Shown here one piece after another: positions 32,413-38,877 of a stretch of DNA of 38,877 bases. The notes beneath the pieces are model-generated. The model was not told the origin of the DNA. It saw only the letters and a list, made by a program, of their open reading frames with translations, and ran no database searches. Every line of letters begins with the position of its first letter. The stretch's first letter is position 1. The DNA comes from Octopus bimaculoides (Eukaryota): the NCBI RefSeq assembly GCF_001194135.2, contig NC_068982.1, forward strand, positions 115,242,648 through 115,281,524. The letters run 5' to 3'. The position numbers and the translations under genes are program-made.

Positions 32413-33029
32413 ATATGTTTATTTAAATGTCAATTCCCTATGTTTTCATATGTAATACTTAATTATTTTTAAAAAACTGACATTGCTTAGATTCTCAAAT
32501 GAACAATGTCATATTCAGCAGACATGTGTGTAAAACAAGTGACAGTTGGCAACAGGAAAAGCATCTAGCTGTTTAATCTTTGCTTCCTTATCAGATTGCC
32601 AGTACTACTGAAGTAAAAGTGATTTTCCTCATAAATAAACAACTGTCCTCATTTTTAAGCATATGAATCCATTAATAAACATCCAGACCAGTTTGCCTGG
32701 TTCTCAACAAAGAAACTACCTTATCAGCGTGTCAGACTGTCAATCAAGCTATTCCATTCAGATTTATGTCGCTAACTGTTGCTGTGAAATATTTAAGATA
32801 AAAGATATATATATCTTTTATCATTTACTTGTTTCAGTCTTTAGACTGCAGCCATGCTGGGGCACCACTTTGAAGAATTTTAATTGAATGAACTGACCCC
32901 AGTACTTAATTTTTTTAAAGCCTGATACTTATTCTATTATTCTCTTTTTCTGAACTACTAAGTTATAGGGATGTAAACATACCAACACTGCTTGTCAAGC
33001 AGTGGTGGAGGGGACAAACACAGACACAA

Positions 33030-33190
33030 ATACACATACACACATTGATATATATTTGATAAGCTTCTTTCAGTTTCCATCTACCAAATCCACTCACAAG
33101 GCTTGAGGCTGTAGTAGAAGACATTTGCCCAAAGCACTACACAGTTGGACTGAACCAAGAACTATGTGGCTGGGAAGCAAACTTCTTACC
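33030..33190 (-). mobile_element. tRNA-derived SINE (first family)
   Basis: The reverse complement of 7686-7850: cttctttcagtttccatctaccaaatccactcacaaggc...tgggaagcaaacttcttaccacac. Confidence 0.7.
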
Positions 33191-34121
33191 ACACACACAC
33201 ACATACACACTAGCTGAAATACTCAGCATTGCCTGAATTGAAGATTCAGGGAATAAATTGTAACATTGCAAAGCAATTTTTTTAACTTATAGGAAATCTT
33301 TAAAAAAAAAAAAAAAAAAATCACTCATCATAGTTTAAGAAAATTTTAAAAGAATCTTTTTCTAGGAGTATTTTTTCAGATTTCACTGTTTAAAACATAT
33401 ACAATTTCTAATATTCTGCAAAAGATTGTACACAAATTTAAATATTTTCAGTTCCCCAATTTCTATTAAACATAATCTTAACTCTGACCTAAAGCACTTA
33501 TTCTAAGTGCTTACACCAAAACCCTAACCTTAAATCCTAAATGTAAGGCCTTATCTTAAAACTATAACTCTCAGCTTATCTCTAAATCCTAAACCCTAAA
33601 AGTGACACAAATACTGCTCATAAATCCTAATGCCAATCCTTGACACTAAGTATATTTTTTGTGTCGATTAGCAATTTGCAATGTTTAAAGCATACACTTT
33701 TGGAGAATAAAAATGAAAAAGTACCACTAGGTACATACTTTGAAATGAATGGAGCAAAAATTAATGTTTAAATTATAAGATACCAAAAAATTTTCAGAAA
33801 AAGATATGGAAGTCATATGAGGCATTTATCTAATACTTTGTAAAGCAATATTAAAACACCAGACAAACCTAAGTTGTACTATTACACCAACATGGAACAC
33901 CTAAGTTCCTGCAAAGAATAATTGAGCAATTCTTTTTCAGTATAAGTATTTGATGTGAAACTTCAGGTGTTTTCAGTCTGTTGTTGAGGAATTTACTAGT
34001 ATCTTTCAGTTTCAGTACACAGTTTCAAAGACTGCAGTTGTTGATTCATCATATCTTTAGTTTGGCCACAAGTATTTCAGGTAGTAAATGTATATGTACA
34101 AAACACATGTGTGTAGAGGCT

Positions 34122-34128
34122 AAGAGAA

Positions 34129-34197
<69 letters not shown>

Positions 34198-34279
34198 GAC
34201 AGAGAGTGAGAGAGACAGACAGAGAGAGTGAGAGAAAGAGAGAGAGAGAGAGAGTGAGAGAGAGTGAGAGAGAGAGAAA
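34122..34279. repeat. (GA)n microsatellite with GT/CA variants
   Basis: Direct reading. Confidence 0.95.
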
Positions 34280-35189
34280 GTACAAATAGTAGAAATATAT
34301 AACCCAGAACCTAAAAGCACAGCATGCATACATATATACAGACATACATACATGTATATATTATTTAATAGTTGTACTACATAAGTGATTCATGTCAAAT
34401 GCATCCTAAGCGTTTTATATATGTATGTGTGTGTGTGGAGGAGGCATGTGCATGTCTGTGTATATGTAAACCATCTAAGAGTTGATGAAAAATGCACTCA
34501 TATATCTGTCAGTAGAGTGGGTATATTAACTGAAGTGTACAGTATTATGTATCCATTATGGCCAATCTTACCAATCGGTTTTGCACTAGGTTTTCAACAG
34601 AGTGTTAGGTAACAGTCAGATTATGTAAGCCTGCATTCTTCAGAGGTAGCCATTAGGGAATGAAATATGGCAACTGCCCTCTATTATTGGAGGTGACTAG
34701 GCACATCCAGTTTGTGGTTGCTGTGAAGAAAATGATGAAATGAAATGAGCAGGGGTTTAGTTAAGAGTTATATCCCTTGATATCAAAAACATCATCTCTG
34801 GGAGTGGTTTTGTTGCAAGTCTGCGAGTTTTCTAGAAAAGAGTTTATGAGAAATGTGTGTATCTTCAGGGTTGGTGTTCCTGTGGAAATGGAATGTGTGT
34901 AGTGCTACTATATGTATAGCCTTTGTGGGGGACATACACATCTGTGTTCGTTAGTGTGTTTTCTATTGTTTAGGTTAAATTCTGGGGCATTTATGCATGC
35001 ATATGGTGTGTGTAGGGGTACAACATATGTCGGGGTTTATATTGGGGAAGGTGAAAAAAAAAGTCTATTGGGTGGATGTCCACCATGCTAGGGCATGTGT
35101 GTTTGTGGGTGCATTTGTGTATGTTCTGGTCAAACTTTTTGCTGGGCTCTCAAGTATAGGTGGAGGGCTGAAGTTGGGGGACTGGTAAT

Positions 35190-36566
35190 TATGGACATGA
35201 TGGGTCATGCAGGTATGATAAAATGTACTTCCTTTCATGTGGGCAAGGATTAAAAATTTCACTTTTGCTGTTCAGGTAGATGCCTGGATGCTGAGAGCTC
35301 TTTAGAATTGCTCTTTCCACAGCCAGGCATAAATCTGCACTCCCTGCTGCTATTGACATATGCTTTACATATCTCTAGAAACCTTCACTTTATGCTGTAC
35401 TCAGTGGTGCTTTCTTTCAATGACCATATGTGCTTGGTCAAGGTTATGGCATTATGTCTCTCCAGGATGTTGGAGGACTTGTGGTTGTTATAGCAGGTTC
35501 TGAAGGGACCTTCATTTGCTCCCACAAACTTTTGCATGTTTGGTTGCCCATTTGGTCCTACTGCTGTTACATCTGCCTGATATACGACAGTTTCCATATT
35601 ACAGTGGACATGTTGTGTTACCCATATGTTGAACATCCTGACTCTGTCTCAGGTGTGGGCCTACCTACTAAAATCCTTTTTACAGTGGATGCAAAGCTAA
35701 AAAAAATTCTCAGGGTGTGCCTATTAAATATTTTACTGAACCTGTTCGTACAGAGGACGTGCTAAGGAAAATCTTACCTACTCGGGTTTTAACACTTAAA
35801 GAGAAAGGTGGTGTGAACCACAACACTTTCTAATGGTGCTTTCTCTTGAAGGGGCTAGGGTCTGGTGTGTAACTAATTCTATCCTTCAAACCAATGGTGA
35901 CCAGAGCTTCATTATAGTACTGGGCAGCAGCATCAAAAATCTCTTTGCTTGAAGATAGGTTGGAGATTTGTCTGCTGACATCCTTTACCAGGTTCTTGAA
36001 AACTATGGCTGAATGGCAGGAACCTGTGTTAATATATTACAGCTTCTCATTTGGCTTCCTAAAGGGTCTATAGGCACTGGACTCCAAGTCCAGAGTCACA
36101 TCAAGCAAATTCACCATTTCAGGTTGGTTTTTATTGTGACCTTCAGTCCAAGCGAATTCATGGTGGTGCTGAGGTCCTTCCTAAGCTTATCTAGCATGTG
36201 GCCATTTGCCTCTCTTGATATTGCCAGCGTGTCACTCCTGTAGAGGCAAAAAGCTAATGTAAGGGAACTTCTTTTTGAGTAAATCTAGGATGAAGAAACC
36301 AACATGGTCACACATGTCAGTGCTATCGAATGCACCCATTACCATGTCAAAGGAGCCTTATGGGTCAGTTTGCTTGGCCCAGGCCAACCCTTTACTGAGG
36401 AATAGGGTTTTTTTGACATGCATGACAATGTATATATCCTTATCACTAAATTTGGTGTAGGACCTAGTGAAGTCCAGTACCTTAAAAAGGAGCTCCCTTG
36501 ATATAGAGATGTAAATATCAAGAGGAGCAAATGGCTACATGCTAGATAAGCTTAGAAAGGACCTCA
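35190..36566 (-). mobile_element. Penelope-like element 3 (RT plus C-terminal GIY-YIG; Naiad-like by motif), 5'-truncated with inverted segment, decayed
   Basis: RT: SFDMVMGAFDSTDMCDHVGFFIL...LYRSDTL (degenerate YRDD)...VNLLDVTLDL; thumb: ISNLSSSKEIFDAAAQYYNEAL; EN: VVYQADV...KFVGANEGPFRTCYNNHKSS...LTKHIWSLK; C-terminus: CRLCL...LNSKSEIFNPCPH (with frameshift). Confidence 0.85.
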
Positions 36567-36929
36567 CCTGCTAAATTTAAGCTTAGGGTACTTTTGTGTC
36601 TGTATATTTGTTCTGTCTTATCTAATGTGTCCTCCCGTTTATATAATGTTAGCGTATGACATTGAGATTTGAGTGTTATTTCCAGCCGGTTGGGCAACTA
36701 TACAGATTCTCACATACAAAAATACATGCATGCACACACACATGCATGCACACACACACACACACACACACAATGTTATTTTTTAAATTTAGATATTAGT
36801 TAACTGGTAGAGTGAGTGCACCTGTTTTTCATCGTGACAAAAAGGAGAGAGAGAGAACAGAGAGAGTGGTGGTGTGTTGATGATCTGAATGACAGCTTAT
36901 GTTAATTTACCAACCCACTACCACTGCAT

Positions 36930-37510
36930 ATCAATTTCTTACACTACTTCTTTTCCTTCTAACCCTCAAATATCTCCAACCTTCCATTTGGGTTTTACTT
37001 TGATGACAGGTCTTCTCAAGCACGGCATATTGCCAGTTGTCACAGTTGTTTGTCATTTCCTCTGTGAGGCTTAACATCTGAAAATCATTTCTCACCACTT
37101 TGTTCCACATCTTCCTCTTCCATAAATTCCCTCCATATTTAAAGATAAGCACTTATGCAGCTGTCCTCATCCATATGTATTACATGACTATACAAGTGCA
37201 GTCTTCTCTCTTGCACACTTCAACTGATGCCTCTTATACCCAATTTTTCTCTCAAAACATTTATACTTTGTCATGCATGCATGCTGACAGTGCACATCAT
37301 TTCTTTCAAACCATCATATTTCTTCTGCAGTCACAGCTCATGTTTCACTGCCATATAGCATAGCTGTCTGTACACAGGCATCATATAATCTGTCTTTAAC
37401 TGTGAGGGAGAGGCCCTTTGTTACAAAGGTAATGGCTCTCTGAACTTTGTCCAGCTAGCTCTTATACTAGCAACTATACTTTCAGAGCAACTTTGATCAC
37501 AGCTAATTTG
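36930..37510 (-). mobile_element. RTE-type LINE ORF C-terminal fragment
   Basis: Minus strand: KFRE.LPL...LYDACVQTAMLYGSET...; MWNKVVRNDFQMLSLTEEMTNNCDNWQYAVLEKTCH. Confidence 0.85.
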
Positions 37511-37511
37511 G

Positions 37512-37556
<45 letters not shown>

Positions 37557-38335
37557 CTTTAAAAAGTGTGCCAGAAGGCACAACATGTTACCAAAAGGTC
37601 TAAGTACGGTAGATAAGTTCTACACTTCATGTGGAATGTGGTTTGACAATAAACATCATAACTCCAGACAGGCTAGTGTGCAGAGTCCATGCACAGAAAA
37701 CTTAACCAGCATTTTATACTTTATACATTGTACATGTGTTTCAATAAGCCAAGCCCTGTTAATTTCAGAAACCTAGTTCATTCAGACTCAGATTACTGAA
37801 GGGAGACGTACAGAAAGTCCAAGATGGCTACTGCAAAATGGGCTGCTATTGGTCAAGGTAGGTCCATGATGTTAGAAGTGAGATCAACATTTCAGTGATA
37901 TCAGATACATCGGAAAGGAGAATTTCTTGCATATGTGTATGTATGTGTGTATGCATGTATGTATATATACATCTTTCACGTTCACTTCTAAGGACAAGAG
38001 ATCAAAAGAACTAGCTTTGATACTCTTGCATATATGTAGATAAGACCAGTTGGCTGAAACACAGAAGGAATTGAACCTTGTACAGAGAGTAAGAAAGAAC
38101 ACTGTTGTTGCTTCTAGTGGCAAAATATTTCATTCTGTGGTACTTAATTACAGCTGTAGTACCGTACCAACTTACAAGGTAGACTCTAATTGAGGGACCT
38201 ACTTTCAACTAGCTGGAAGCTGTGTGGACTTCAGTATGCAGTACCTACTTATAGCTAGATAGAATTAAGTGTCTTACCTAGGGGTGTACTAAGTATACTA
38301 CCAGTGATTGAAAAAACTGATTCTGCAGCATCTAC

Positions 38336-38690
38336 TGACTCATCAATAGTGACAATGGATTAGAGACAGACACTATAGTTAAACGTTCTGTTGATTTAGC
38401 AATAGTAACAGTAGAGCAGGGAGACCCACAATAGTTAAATATCCTAATGATTCATCAATAGAAATAGTGGAACAGAGATAGACACAACAGTCAAATATCC
38501 TATTGACTCATTGATGGAAGTAGTGGAACAGCAACTCACTCTATTCTAACATCTTCTTGACTCATCAACAGAAACAGTAGAACAGAAAATAATACAGTTA
38601 AATGGGTCCTATTCCACTATTTCTGTCAATAAGTCTTTTGACCCATGGATAGAAATTGTGGAACAGAGACATACTACACTAAAACAACTG
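38336..38690. repeat. Degenerate ~55-bp minisatellite (core gactcatcaatagaaatagtggaacagag) with one inverted core
   Basis: Direct cores near 38337, ~38395, 38449, 38505, 38559 and 38640; reverse-complement core at 38609-38636. Confidence 0.75.
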
Positions 38691-38693
38691 GAG

Positions 38694-38695
<2 letters not shown>

Positions 38696-38729
<34 letters not shown>

Positions 38730-38877
38730 GTTTAACGTCCGCCTTCCATGCTAGCATGGGTTGGACGATTTGATTGAGGACTGGTGAAACCGGATGGCAA
38801 CACCAGGCTCCAATCTAATTTGGCAGAGTTTCTACAGCTGGATGCCCTTCCTAACGCCAACCACTCAGAGAGTGTAG
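38696..38877 (-). mobile_element. Young RTE 3' UTR copy with (GAT)n tail, running off the window edge
   Basis: (CAT)n-cgtttaacgtccgccttccatgctagcatgggttggacgatttgattgaggactggtgaaacc...gcccttcctaacgccaaccactc; nearly identical to 25760-25925 and 30907-31022. Confidence 0.85.

Noticed and set aside
33500-33600. Telomere-like ccctaa/cctaaa motifs
   Set aside because: Few, dispersed and degenerate; not a (TTAGGG)n array.
33860-34060. Possible CCDC181 start exon (ATG ATG AAT CAA…) on the minus strand
   Set aside because: Stops occur in every frame before any usable donor.
34615-34650. Hammerhead remnant (CTGAAGA-ATGCA-GGCT-TACAT) at the PLE 3' end
   Set aside because: The GAAA core strand is missing (AATC) and stem II is mismatched; too degenerate to call from one copy.
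37824-37857. Possible first coding exon of a divergent + strand gene (aagATGGCT…CAAG|gtaggt)
   Set aside because: Only 11 codons, with no promoter features or downstream exon in the window; such motifs arise by chance and in DNA transposons.
38275-38360. Minus-strand exon candidate ending at the strong donor TAG|gtaaga
   Set aside because: No acceptor or ATG before an upstream stop, phase 1 is incompatible with the phase-0 exon at 28211, and it overlaps a minisatellite.

Overview
This is AT-rich, microsatellite-dense animal genomic DNA with four assembly gaps. The repeat families and gene content suggest a coleoid cephalopod, probably Octopus; this is inferred from remembered repeat families, not from a search. 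Most ORF-track entries are artefacts of N-runs, microsatellites or decayed transposons. One real protein-coding gene lies on the minus strand. I reconstructed eight GT-AG exons with mutually consistent phases (28211-28055, 24932-24887, 22944-22884, 20016-19692, 17721-17575, 14712-14180, 11567-11407, 7402-7222). They give 1611 nt, or 536 codons plus stop. The C-terminal half resembles CCDC181, a microtubule/manchette-associated coiled-coil protein. Four of these exons are absent from the supplied ORF track, and the true 5' end is unresolved. The rest is transposon debris: many RTE-type LINE pieces, three distinct Penelope-like elements, a CR1/L2-type RT fragment, tRNA-derived SINEs, a solo LTR and MITE-like elements. 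The most unusual structures are: (1) a solo LTR ending in a tandem 32-bp array of LTR end plus tRNA-Trp primer-binding site; (2) RTE 3' UTRs carrying copy-number-variable tandem arrays, including a young 62-bp array nested in a MITE-like element; (3) a perfect 29-bp-arm intronic hairpin; and (4) a Naiad-like Penelope element with a microhomology-joined inverted 5' segment. There is no CRISPR array, rRNA gene or intact tRNA gene. I found no clear new multi-gene system; the best leads are retroelement oddities.
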